Source: Candidatus Krumholzibacteriales bacterium
GTDB lineage: Bacteria > Krumholzibacteriota > Krumholzibacteriia > Krumholzibacteriales > WJIX01
Length of the DNA: 38,126 bases
Direction: 5' to 3'
NCBI GenBank assembly: GCA_046483305.1
Contig: JAWODM010000052.1
Location: forward strand, 1 to 38,126
Positions 1 to 8,995 of this stretch are shown here, in pieces (positions within the stretch are counted from its first letter, which is position 1; the number at the start of each line of letters is the position of its first letter). The notes beneath the pieces are model-generated. The model worked only from the letters and a program-made list of their open reading frames with translations, was not told the origin of the DNA and did not search any database. A program made the position numbers and the translations under genes.

Positions 1-4
1 ATCC

Positions 5-33
5 TTGAAAAATATTTTCTATCGGAATAGAAT
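5..33 (+). promoter_or_regulatory. Putative sigma70 promoter for the LTD gene
   Basis: TTGAAA(5-10)-17 bp-TAGAAT(28-33). Confidence 0.5.
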
Positions 34-103
34 CTTCAATCACCCGCGCCCGGCGGGCTGAAATACCTGAGAGTGCTTTGTGAATGATGAAGGGAGGAAG
101 AAG

Positions 104-748
104 ATGAAAAGAGCGCTTTTTATTTTATCTGTCACTTTTTCAGTTCTGGTTGTCCCTCTTGGCGGAGGGCTGCGTGCTGAAATACTTATCAATGAAATAA
201 TGGCCGATCCGGCCAGCGACTGGGACGGAAGCGGAGAGTACTACTACAGGGACGATGAATGGGTGGAGATTATCAACACCGGCCAGAGCGCCGTTGATAT
301 CTCCGGCTATCTTCTCTGCGACGGCAACGTTCCGATAGACTGGAGGTATGGCTTCTCCGGAGTCCTCAACCCGGGAGAGGTCCGGGTGGTCTACGGGGGA
401 GATTCACGGCTGTGGGAGCAGTCTGAGGGATTTCCATCGTATGGGCTCAGCCTGAACAACGACGGCGACGGGGTATACCTGTACCATGTCAGCGGCAACG
501 ATACCGTGCTGGTCGATTCGGTCCTCTACGAAAACTACATGGCCGATGACGACAGGGCCCTGGGCCGCAAACTGGATGATCACACTGTCTGGGAGCTGTT
601 CGACGCTTACAACCCCTGCGAGGGATGCGAGCCGGTTGCCGGCAACGGATGTATGCCCACCCCCGGTGAAGTTAACAACTGCATGACAGACACCGAGGAG
701 GAAAGCTGGGGTATGATCAAGTCGATCTACAGGGACGGCTCAGAGTAG
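104..748 (+). CDS. Secreted lamin-tail-domain (LTD) protein with C-terminal SWGxIKxxY tail
   Basis: GGAGG RBS at 93-97 favours ATG 104 over GTG 80. Signal peptide MKRALFILS...LRA; LTD motifs ILINEIMADP, DEWVEIINTG, SLNNDGD, PTPG; ends EEESWGMIKSIYRDGSE. Confidence 0.8.
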   Translation: MKRALFILSVTFSVLVVPLGGGLRAEILINEIMADPASDWDGSGEYYYRDDEWVEIINTGQSAVDISGYLLCDGNVPIDWRYGFSGVLNPGEVRVVYGGDSRLWEQSEGFPSYGLSLNNDGDGVYLYHVSGNDTVLVDSVLYENYMADDDRALGRKLDDHTVWELFDAYNPCEGCEPVAGNGCMPTPGEVNNCMTDTEEESWGMIKSIYRDGSE

Positions 749-762
749 TATCTGATTTGTTA

Positions 763-788
763 ATCCTTCAAAGCTGAAGGGGATTTTA
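763..788 (+). terminator. Possible weak intrinsic terminator
   Basis: CCTTCA-aagc-TGAAGG hairpin followed by GGATTTT just after the stop codon. Confidence 0.25.
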
Positions 789-923
789 CGGCCTGCCGGG
801 CGCAGGATCTGACCTCTAATCTCAATCTGTATCCGGATCATACCTTCGCCGGCTCTTTCCCTCTGCCGTATCCGCCTGATTATAGTCTTTACTTACAACA
901 GCGCATTATTATAAATTAAAGCT

Positions 924-2648
924 ATGAGAAACGGAAAAGACAGAAGGAAAGATACCGAGCTGAGTACCTGCTGGGAGTACTTCGACTGCAAGGAGAAAGA
1001 CTGCCCTGCATACAAACAGGATAACACCGCCTGCTGGGAGCTGACCGGCCATACCTGCAAGGGGAGGGTATTCGGGAGGATAGAGGAGAAACTGGTCAAA
1101 TGCTGTTTCAACTGTGAATTCTTTAAGAAGCTGAAACAGAGGATGAAGGGCAGAAGGTGGGCCGATATCACCATCCTGGAATCCCTGGAGGACGCGCTCC
1201 AGCGCTCCTCCAATTACTCGGAGAAGGTCGAAGACCTCTACATGGAGGTTATTCGGCGGAGCAAGCTGATGAACCTGCTCTCCGAGGTCAGCAGGATCAT
1301 CTCCGGGCTGGACAGCGAAGAGGATATCATCCTGGCGATACTTACCATAATTACCGCCAACGAGGGGCTGGGATATAACCGGGCATTCGTATTCCTGAAG
1401 GAGGAGGACCGGGAGGTTCTGCGGGGTAAGTACGCCCTAGGGCCGGCCGACGCCAACGAGGCGAGCGATCTCTGGCACCTTCTGGAGAAGGAAAAGGATA
1501 TGTCGATAGAGAAGCTGGTCCGGAAGGGGCAGCGGCTGTCATATATCTGCAAAAGCGAGCTGGCCAGAAGGACCTCCGAGCTGGCCATAGATATGAGGGA
1601 TAACTCCAGCGTTATCACCAGGGGGCTGAGCGAGGTGCAATTCCTGGATGCTTCGGATCTGAAGAACGAGCAGGACAGGAAGATAGCGAAGGAGCTGGAG
1701 CTGAAGCAGTTCTGCTTCTGCCCTATCGCCACCGCCGACGAGCAGCTGGGTCTGGTCTTCGTGGATAACCTCTACTCGGGGAAGAAAATCACCGCGGAGG
1801 ACGCGCATCTTCTAGAGGTAGTCATAAGTCATGCCGCAACATCGCTTAAAGTTGTTCAATTAAAGGAATCTCTTAACAAAAATATCAGGATTCTCAAGGA
1901 ATCTTACCGTAAGCTGAAGATGAACGAAGAGAGGATGATGAAGGCGGAGCGCCTCGCTATCAGCGGGGAGATGACCTCCTCGGTTCTTCACGAGATCAAG
2001 AATCCGCTGGTATCTATCGGCGGTTTTGCCAGGTCGCTTCTCCGGTCCGATGCGCTTTCAGAAAGAGACCGGGAATCGGCGGAGGTAATCGCCAAGGAGT
2101 CTCTGAGACTGGAGAAGTACCTGAGGAGCCTTCAGAGCAGCGTCAGCGAGGTTAAACTTGAAGAGGAGAACATCAACAACGTCCTCAAGGATACCTTTCA
2201 GATGCTGAAGCAGGAGATGGAAGAGAGAAAGATCAATCTGGTCAAGAACATGGATCCGGACCTTTCACTCTGCAGAATCGACGAGGTGAAGATGCATGAG
2301 GTGATGATGAACATCATAAAGAACTCCATAGAGGCGGTCGACGAAGGGGGGACCATCGAGGTCAGGAGCTGGAACGAGGGGGACAAGGTATTTGTTCAGG
2401 TCAAGGATGACGGAGAAGGTATCCAGAGCGACCGCATGAACAGGATATTTTCCCCGTTCTATACTACCAAGGACCAGGGTTCGGGGCTGGGGCTGGCGTT
2501 CGCTCACCGGATCATCAAGGACCACGGGGGAAATATCACGGTCTCAAGCTCCAGCGGAAAGGGAGCCACCTTTACCATATCGGTTCAGAGCGTGGATAAA
2601 CAGGAAACTGTCAATAAGGAACCTCCGCAGGCCGGGCAGATCGGCTGA
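924..2648 (+). CDS. Cytoplasmic sensor histidine kinase: Cys-rich two-CW domain + GAF + HisKA + HATPase
   Basis: N-terminal CWEYFDC..CPAY..CWELTG..C..CCFNC; GAF-like GLGYNRAFVFL/LGLVFVDN; H-box LHEIKNPL; N-box NIIKNSIEA; G1 DDGEGI; F/G2 FSPFYTTK..GSGLGL; no transmembrane helix seen. Confidence 0.9.
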   Translation: MRNGKDRRKDTELSTCWEYFDCKEKDCPAYKQDNTACWELTGHTCKGRVFGRIEEKLVKCCFNCEFFKKLKQRMKGRRWADITILESLEDALQRSSNYSEKVEDLYMEVIRRSKLMNLLSEVSRIISGLDSEEDIILAILTIITANEGLGYNRAFVFLKEEDREVLRGKYALGPADANEASDLWHLLEKEKDMSIEKLVRKGQRLSYICKSELARRTSELAIDMRDNSSVITRGLSEVQFLDASDLKNEQDRKIAKELELKQFCFCPIATADEQLGLVFVDNLYSGKKITAEDAHLLEVVISHAATSLKVVQLKESLNKNIRILKESYRKLKMNEERMMKAERLAISGEMTSSVLHEIKNPLVSIGGFARSLLRSDALSERDRESAEVIAKESLRLEKYLRSLQSSVSEVKLEEENINNVLKDTFQMLKQEMEERKINLVKNMDPDLSLCRIDEVKMHEVMMNIIKNSIEAVDEGGTIEVRSWNEGDKVFVQVKDDGEGIQSDRMNRIFSPFYTTKDQGSGLGLAFAHRIIKDHGGNITVSSSSGKGATFTISVQSVDKQETVNKEPPQAGQIG

Positions 2649-2664
2649 AAGAGCCGATATGTAA

Positions 2665-2693
2665 TTGACAAATATGAACTTTTTCGATATCCT
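2665..2693 (+). promoter_or_regulatory. Putative sigma70 promoter of the cobO-meaB-mutase operon
   Basis: TTGACA(2665-2670)-17 bp-TATCCT(2688-2693). Confidence 0.6.
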
Positions 2694-2723
2694 GCGTATT
2701 CCATTACTGATTTTTTTCAGGGG

Positions 2724-3269
2724 TTGCGGAAGGAAAGATGGAAATTGCTCGATAAGATTGGGACAGTGCAGATTTATACCGGAGACGGCAAGGGCAAGAC
2801 CACCGCAAGTATCGGGGCGGCGGTGCGGGCTGCCGGGCACGGCTGGAAGGTATTCATGATACAGTTCATGAAGGGACGGCTGTACGGAGAGATCGCTTCC
2901 GCCGAAAGGCTTGAAAATATAACCATAGAACAGCACGGGCGGGATGAGTTCGTGGACCCGGAAAAACCCGAGCAGATCGATATCGAACTGGCGCGGAAGG
3001 GCTGGGCAAGAGCCGCAGATGTGGTTGAGGCCGGGGAAACGGATATGCTGATCCTGGACGAGATCAATATCGCAGAGAACTTCGGCCTTGTCAAACTGGA
3101 AGAGATACTTGAATTCATCAGAAACAAACCTCCCGCCCTTGAAATAATAATGACCGGAAGGCGCGCCCACCCCGGGCTGATCGAGGCGGCGGATACCGTT
3201 ACCGAGATGAGGGAGATAAAGCATCACTATGCCAGCTCGGTAAAGGCGAGAAAGGGGATAGAGTACTGA
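2724..3269 (+). CDS. cobO: ATP:cob(I)alamin adenosyltransferase, CobA/CobO/BtuR type (true start may be TTG 2745)
   Basis: IYTGDGKGKTT P-loop, IQFMKG, LILDEIN, IMTGR, ADTVTEM..IKH, ARKGIEY. Confidence 0.92.
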   Translation: MRKERWKLLDKIGTVQIYTGDGKGKTTASIGAAVRAAGHGWKVFMIQFMKGRLYGEIASAERLENITIEQHGRDEFVDPEKPEQIDIELARKGWARAADVVEAGETDMLILDEINIAENFGLVKLEEILEFIRNKPPALEIIMTGRRAHPGLIEAADTVTEMREIKHHYASSVKARKGIEY

Positions 3270-3274
3270 TTGCC

Positions 3275-4240
3275 ATGAGCAAAGCGGCGGACCTGGATAA
3301 GATATTGGGCGATTTCAGAAGCGGAAGCTCCTCCGCCACCGGGAGGCTTATCTCCATTATGGAAAGCGGCGGCGCTGACGCGGAGAAGGTTCTGGAGAAG
3401 ATACTCCCCGACATAAAAGGTGTTTACCGTATCGGGTTCACCGGGCCTCCGGGTGCAGGCAAGAGCACCCTGATATCAAGACTGGCCTCTTATTTCCGGG
3501 AGGACGGGGAGAAGCTGGGGATTATAGTGGTAGACCCCTCCAGCCCGTTCAGCGGGGGAGCACTGCTGGGAGACCGGGTAAGGATGCAGAACCTCTCCAG
3601 CGACCCCGGGATATTCGTCCGATCGCTGGCCAGCAGGGGGACCCTTGGCGGTATCAGCAACTGTACCGACGAGGCGGTGGATATATTCGACGCCGCGGGG
3701 AAGGATGCGGTACTGATAGAGACGGTGGGGGTGGGACAGTCCGAACTTGCCATAGCGGAGAAGACCCACACGGTAGTAGTTATTCTGGTCCCCGAGTCGG
3801 GGGATGCCATCCAGGCGATGAAGGCTGGCCTGATGGAGATAGGCGATATCTTCGTGATGAACAAGTCGGATCACCAGGATGCCGAGATGGCGGCCAGGGA
3901 GCTGGAGGCCATCCTGAGGATGAAGGATACTGGGGAGGGGGAGTGGGAACCGGTGGTGGTAATGACCTCCGGGCTGAAAGGGGAAGGTATAGATGAGTTC
4001 AAGGAGGCCATCGACCTGCACCGGAAATACCTGAGAGAGTCGGGGCTGATGAAGAAAAAGAGAAAACAGATGCTGTACAGCCGGGTAAAGAGCGCCCTGA
4101 TTGACCGGCTGGACAGGAGGATCAGGGAAAGCCCCAGGATAATGGAGCATGTGGAGGCACGGATGGAGGATGTCTACCACAGCAGGATATCGCCCTATTC
4201 GCTGGTTCATGAAATAGACAGACTGATAAAGATAGAATGA
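3275..4240 (+). CDS. meaB: Acyl-CoA mutase-associated GTPase chaperone MeaB/ArgK
   Basis: GFTGPPGAGKST, VDPSSPFSGGALLGDRVRM, IETVGVGQSE, GDAIQAMKAGLMEI, NKSD. Confidence 0.95.
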   Translation: MSKAADLDKILGDFRSGSSSATGRLISIMESGGADAEKVLEKILPDIKGVYRIGFTGPPGAGKSTLISRLASYFREDGEKLGIIVVDPSSPFSGGALLGDRVRMQNLSSDPGIFVRSLASRGTLGGISNCTDEAVDIFDAAGKDAVLIETVGVGQSELAIAEKTHTVVVILVPESGDAIQAMKAGLMEIGDIFVMNKSDHQDAEMAARELEAILRMKDTGEGEWEPVVVMTSGLKGEGIDEFKEAIDLHRKYLRESGLMKKKRKQMLYSRVKSALIDRLDRRIRESPRIMEHVEARMEDVYHSRISPYSLVHEIDRLIKIE

Positions 4241-4300
4241 TTATGACCTGGAATGCAGCCGGCAGGAAGGCTAAGGCCTGATTGCGATTATGGAGAGATT

Positions 4301-5965
4301 ATGAACGAACAGGAGAAGAAAGAGTACGGAGAGAAAAAGAAGAAGTATCTTGAGCAGCTGAAGAGATGCGAGCTTCAGGATATAGATTTTACCACTGTAA
4401 GCTCGGAGGAGGTGGAGCCGATCTACGGCCCCGACGATATCTCCGGGCTCAGCTACAATGAAGACCTCGGTTTCCCGGGCTGGTACCCGTATACCAGGGG
4501 GGTATACCCCTCCATGTACCGCGGAAGGTTCTGGACCATGCGGCAGTTCGCCGGGTTCGGCTCGGCCGCCGATACCAACAGGAGGTATCATTACCTGCTC
4601 GATCACGGGCAGACCGGCCTCAGCGTCGCCTTCGACATGCCCACCATCATGGGGTACGACTCCGATCACGGACGGTCTCTGGGAGAGGTGGGAAAGTGCG
4701 GGGTGGCGATCGATTCGCTCGCGGATATGGAGACCATGTTCAAGGGTATTGACCAGTCAAAGGTGACCACCTCCATGACCATAAACGCCCCTGCGGCTAT
4801 CCTGCTATCCTTCTACCTATGTGCGGGAGAGAAGAAGGGGGTGGCCTTCGAGAAGATGGGAGGGACCATTCAGAACGATATACTCAAGGAGTATATCGCC
4901 CAGAAATCATGGATATTCCCCCCCCGCCCCTCGATCAGGATAATAACCGATATACTGGAGTTCTGCTCGCAGCATGTCCCCCGCTGGAATACCATCAGTA
5001 TCAGCGGATATCATATCAGGGAAGCTGGCTCCACCGCGGCGCAGGAGCTGGCTTTCACTCTGGCCGACGGGTTCGCCTACGTGGAGGCCGGTATCGAAGC
5101 GGGCCTGGATGTGGACGATTTCGCCCCGCGCCTTTCGTTCTTCTTCAACGCTCACCTCGATTTCTTCGAGGAGATCGCCAAATACAGGGCAGCCAGGAGG
5201 ATCTGGGCCAGGAGGATGAAGGAGAAGTACGGAGCCAGGAAGGAGCGCTCTCTCCTGATGAGGTTCCATACCCAGACCGCCGGATGCTCCCTGACCGCCC
5301 AGCAGCCGGAGAACAACATAGTGAGAACCGCCTTCCAGGCCCTCTCCGCGGTGCTGGGAGGCACCCAGTCGCTGCACACCAACTCCATGGATGAGACCCT
5401 GGCGCTGCCATCGGAGAAAGCGGTAAGGATAGCGCTGAGGACCCAGCAGCTGATAGCTCACGAGACCGGGGTGGTCAACTCCGCCGACCCTCTGGCAGGG
5501 AGCTACATGGTGGAGGCCAAGACCAGGGAGCTGGAGCAGCAGGCGGAAGAGTATTTCAAGAAGATAGAAGAGCTGGGAGGGGTGGTCAAGGCTATCGAGA
5601 AGGGATTCTTCCAGAAGGAGATCAGCCGGGCCGCCTACCGTTACCAGAAGGCGGTGGAAAGCAGAAGAAAGATAGTGGTGGGGGTTAATAAATACGTGAT
5701 GAAAGATGAGGAGCTGGAGATACCGCTTCTGAAGGTTGACCCCGCCGTGGAGAATAAGCAGCGGCAGCAGCTGAAGGAGCTGCGCGGGAGCAGGGACAAC
5801 GATAAGGTGGCCAGAGAGCTTGCCTCGCTTTCGGAGGCCGCCGCAGGGAGCGACAACATAATTCCGGCTGTACTCGAGTGCGCCAGATGTTACTGCACCG
5901 AGGGGGAGATTATTTCTGAACTGAAGAAGGTATTTGGAGAATATCAGGAACCTATATTCCTGTAA
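4301..5965 (+). CDS. B12-dependent acyl-CoA mutase large (substrate-binding) subunit with isobutyryl-CoA mutase-type residues (IcmA-like)
   Basis: [15 protein letters not shown] (Phe), [11 protein letters not shown] (Gln), [21 protein letters not shown]; no DxHxxG B12 domain. GGAGAG RBS before ATG 4301. Family call is firm, specificity is inferred. Confidence 0.9.
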   Translation: MNEQEKKEYGEKKKKYLEQLKRCELQDIDFTTVSSEEVEPIYGPDDISGLSYNEDLGFPGWYPYTRGVYPSMYRGRFWTMRQFAGFGSAADTNRRYHYLLDHGQTGLSVAFDMPTIMGYDSDHGRSLGEVGKCGVAIDSLADMETMFKGIDQSKVTTSMTINAPAAILLSFYLCAGEKKGVAFEKMGGTIQNDILKEYIAQKSWIFPPRPSIRIITDILEFCSQHVPRWNTISISGYHIREAGSTAAQELAFTLADGFAYVEAGIEAGLDVDDFAPRLSFFFNAHLDFFEEIAKYRAARRIWARRMKEKYGARKERSLLMRFHTQTAGCSLTAQQPENNIVRTAFQALSAVLGGTQSLHTNSMDETLALPSEKAVRIALRTQQLIAHETGVVNSADPLAGSYMVEAKTRELEQQAEEYFKKIEELGGVVKAIEKGFFQKEISRAAYRYQKAVESRRKIVVGVNKYVMKDEELEIPLLKVDPAVENKQRQQLKELRGSRDNDKVARELASLSEAAAGSDNIIPAVLECARCYCTEGEIISELKKVFGEYQEPIFL

Positions 5966-5988
5966 ATGAACCTCTGGAGGATATAAAG

Positions 5989-6384
5989 ATGGGTAAAATG
6001 ATCAGAGTACTTATTGCCAAACCCGGGTTGGACGGGCACGACAGGGGGGCCAAGGTGGTCGCCAACGCCCTGAAGGACGCCGGTATGGAGGTAATCTACA
6101 CCGGGCTTCACCAGACCCCGGAGCTGATAGCGGAGGCGGCGGTGCAGGAGGATGTTGATGTGGTGGGCCTGAGCATCCTCTCCGGCGCTCACATGACCCT
6201 GTTTCCACGGATTATGGAGCTGCTCGGGGAGAAGGGCGGCGAGGATATCATGGTATTCGGAGGGGGGATAATACCGGCTGAGGATATGGAAGAGCTGGAG
6301 AAGATGGGGGTTGCCAGAATATTCGGCCCAGGCACCGACACCGGCGAAATAGTCGATTTTCTGAAGGAGAAGTTTTCAGAATAG
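5989..6384 (+). CDS. Cobalamin-binding small subunit of acyl-CoA mutase (IcmB/McmB-like)
   Basis: [13 protein letters not shown] (DxHxxG), [20 protein letters not shown]. Confidence 0.95.
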   Translation: MGKMIRVLIAKPGLDGHDRGAKVVANALKDAGMEVIYTGLHQTPELIAEAAVQEDVDVVGLSILSGAHMTLFPRIMELLGEKGGEDIMVFGGGIIPAEDMEELEKMGVARIFGPGTDTGEIVDFLKEKFSE

Positions 6385-6471
6385 AGGTTTTCCGTAGTAG
6401 GTATGTTGTTAATTGGCAGTTAATTATTGATGTTACCTTACAAAAAGGACGAACTCTGAAAGGAGATATTG

Positions 6472-7656
6472 ATGAGTGAAGAGATAGTAATCGCGGGAGC
6501 GGCAAGAACGGCGATCGGTAAGTTTAAGGGGACCCTCAAGAAAGAGCGCGCCCCCAAGCTGGGCTCTCACGTGGTCAAAGAGAGCATGAACAGGACCGAA
6601 CTCAACGGCGAGGATGTCGATGAAGTAATTATGGGGAATGTGCTGGGAGCAGGCCTGGGCCAGAATCCGGCCAGGCAGGCTGCCATCTACGGAGGGGTTT
6701 CCACCTCCGCCGGGGCGTTCACCGTAAACAAGGTCTGCGGCTCCGGCCTCAAGTCTGTAGTCCTGGCCGCCCAGGCGATCAAGCTGGGGGACGCGGAGAT
6801 AGTAGTAGCGGGTGGTATGGAGAGTATGGACAACGCTCCCTATATCCTCAGGAAGGCCAGAAGCGGTTACCGGCTGGGAGACGGAAAGCTGGTGGATGCC
6901 ATGGTCTTCGACGGGCTGTGGGATTTCTACAACGACTTCCATATGGGAAACACCGCCGAGCTGGTCGCCGACAAATACAACATATCCCGCGAGGAGATGG
7001 ATGAATACGCCCTGAACAGCCACCTGAAGGCGGTCAAGGCCCGCGATGAGGGATGGTTTGAAGAGGAGATAGTACCGTACGAAGTGCCGCAGAGAAAGGG
7101 CAGGATTCTGGTATTCAAGGATGACGAGGGGCCCAGGGCCGACTCCAATATGGAGGCGCTGGCAAAACTGAACCCGGTATTCAAGAAAAACGGAACCGTT
7201 ACCCCCGGCAACGCCTCTCAGATCAGCGACGGAGCCGCAGCCATGGTCTGCATGTCGGAAAAGACCGCTGAGAAGAGGGGGATAGAGCCGCTGGCCAGGA
7301 TAACCGGTTACGCCACCGGAGGGATGGACCCCGAATGGGTAATGATGACCCCCGCCGTGGCGGTTCCCAATCTTCTGGAGAAGACCGGCCAGAAGCTGGA
7401 TGATTTCGACCTGATCGAGCTCAACGAGGCCTTTGCGGTCCAGCCCTGCGCGGTGATGAAGGAGCTGGGGATGGATCCCGAAAAGGTAAACATCCATGGC
7501 GGAGCGGTCGCTCTGGGCCATCCGATCGGATGCTCAGGGGCCAGGATCCTGGTCACCCTGATATACGCCCTGAAGAGAACCGGAGGCAGGAAGGGGCTGG
7601 CCACTCTCTGCCTGGGAGGCGGAAACGCCGTGGCCATGAGCATAGAATTGCTGTAA
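6472..7656 (+). CDS. Acetyl-CoA C-acetyltransferase (thiolase)
   Basis: [48 protein letters not shown] before ATG 6472. Confidence 0.96.
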   Translation: MSEEIVIAGAARTAIGKFKGTLKKERAPKLGSHVVKESMNRTELNGEDVDEVIMGNVLGAGLGQNPARQAAIYGGVSTSAGAFTVNKVCGSGLKSVVLAAQAIKLGDAEIVVAGGMESMDNAPYILRKARSGYRLGDGKLVDAMVFDGLWDFYNDFHMGNTAELVADKYNISREEMDEYALNSHLKAVKARDEGWFEEEIVPYEVPQRKGRILVFKDDEGPRADSNMEALAKLNPVFKKNGTVTPGNASQISDGAAAMVCMSEKTAEKRGIEPLARITGYATGGMDPEWVMMTPAVAVPNLLEKTGQKLDDFDLIELNEAFAVQPCAVMKELGMDPEKVNIHGGAVALGHPIGCSGARILVTLIYALKRTGGRKGLATLCLGGGNAVAMSIELL

Positions 7657-7693
7657 GTTATGTAATGAGAATATTATAAGTCAGGAGGAAATT

Positions 7694-8545
7694 ATGGATA
7701 TAAGGAAGATAACCGTGGCAGGAGCGGGCACCATGGGAAACGGGATCGCTCAGGTCTTCGCACAGAGCGGTTTTGACGTAACCATGCTGGATATCAAGAA
7801 GGAGTTTCTGGATAGGGGGATGAAGACCATAGAGAAGAACCTGGGCCGCATGGCCGGGAAGGGGAAGATCGAGGAATCTGAGATAGAGAAGGTCCTGGGC
7901 AGAATCAGCGCAACCACCTCCGAATCGGAAGCTGAGGGCTGCGATCTTCTGATTGAAGCGATCTACGAGGATTTCGAGGCCAAGAAGAAGATATTTTCCA
8001 GGTTCGACTCAGCCTGCGGAGACTCGGTTATATTCGCCAGCAATACCTCTTCCATATCGATTACCGCCCTGGCGGCTTCCACCTCAAGGCCGGACAGGTT
8101 TATCGGGATGCACTTCATGAACCCGGTACCGGTGATGAAACTGGTAGAGGTGATCCGGGGCCTGACTACCAGCGACGAGACAACCGGAGTGGTTACCGGG
8201 CTGAGCGAAAAGCTGGGAAAGACCCCTCTGGAGGTAAAAGATTACCCCGGTTTCGTTTCCAACCGGGTGCTTATGCCGATGATCAATGAGGCGGTTTACT
8301 GCCTGATGGAAGGGGTTGCCACCAGAGAGGCAATCGACGGGGTGATGAAGCTGGGGATGGCACATCCGATGGGCCCTCTGACCCTGGCAGACCTGATAGG
8401 CCTCGATATATGCCTTAATATTCTGCGGGTCCTCTACGACGGCCTGGGCGATCCCAAGTACCGCCCCTGCCCGCTGCTTATAAAGAAGGTGGAGGCGGGA
8501 CACCTGGGCAGAAAAACAGGTATAGGGTTCTACGATTACAGGTAA
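7694..8545 (+). CDS. hbd: 3-hydroxybutyryl-CoA dehydrogenase
   Basis: [55 protein letters not shown]. Confidence 0.95.
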   Translation: MDIRKITVAGAGTMGNGIAQVFAQSGFDVTMLDIKKEFLDRGMKTIEKNLGRMAGKGKIEESEIEKVLGRISATTSESEAEGCDLLIEAIYEDFEAKKKIFSRFDSACGDSVIFASNTSSISITALAASTSRPDRFIGMHFMNPVPVMKLVEVIRGLTTSDETTGVVTGLSEKLGKTPLEVKDYPGFVSNRVLMPMINEAVYCLMEGVATREAIDGVMKLGMAHPMGPLTLADLIGLDICLNILRVLYDGLGDPKYRPCPLLIKKVEAGHLGRKTGIGFYDYR

Positions 8546-8580
8546 CCAGGTATCTGCCGCGCCTGCTGTGAACGGAAAAT

Positions 8581-8979
8581 TCAGTCCTGCTCCAGTTCCA
8601 TCAGGACTCTGCCGGTGGAGGAGGGGTGAAGGAAGGCGACCGGGTTGCCCTCCGCCCCGGTCCTGGCCTTTTTGTCGATCAGCTTAATGCCTTTCCCGGA
8701 AAGGGTATCAAGTGCTTCATCTATGTCGGAGACGTTGAAGCAGAGGTGATGGATCCCGCCGCCCCTTTTTTCTATGAATTTCGAGATGGCGCTTTCGGGG
8801 CCGGTCCCTTCCAGCAGTTCTATGATGGTCCCGTCCAGCTCCAGGAAGGCAACCTTCAGAGAGCGCTCAGGCATTTCCTTTATCTCCTCCAGCTTCATGC
8901 CCAGGGTATCCCGGTAGAGGGAAAGGGCCTCTTCCATGTTCTGCACCGCTATTCCTATGTGAGACAGCTTCTCCAGCAT
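8581..8979 (-). CDS. mce: Methylmalonyl-CoA epimerase (VOC fold)
   Basis: SHIGIAV, IELLE, FIEKRGGGIHHLCF, AFLHP..TGRVLMEL; GGAGG RBS places the start at 8979, not 9060. Confidence 0.93.
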   Translation of the reverse strand: MLEKLSHIGIAVQNMEEALSLYRDTLGMKLEEIKEMPERSLKVAFLELDGTIIELLEGTGPESAISKFIEKRGGGIHHLCFNVSDIDEALDTLSGKGIKLIDKKARTGAEGNPVAFLHPSSTGRVLMELEQD

Positions 8980-8995
8980 GCTGATACAACCTCCC

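Noticed and set aside
43..57. Short GC hairpins (43-57, 792-806, about 10708-10722, about 16337-16350) as a REP family
   Set aside because: The stems are short and share no clear consensus; they are compatible with chance or generic UTR structure.
2649..2745. Cobalamin riboswitch ahead of the B12-related operon
   Set aside because: The spacer is under 100 bp and mostly promoter, with no B12-box or GGGAA/GCCACTG core. None was seen at 12283-12496 either.
6414..6432. Sigma54 site before the thiolase (TTGGCAGTTAATTATTGA)
   Set aside because: It lacks the GC at the required GG-N10-GC spacing.
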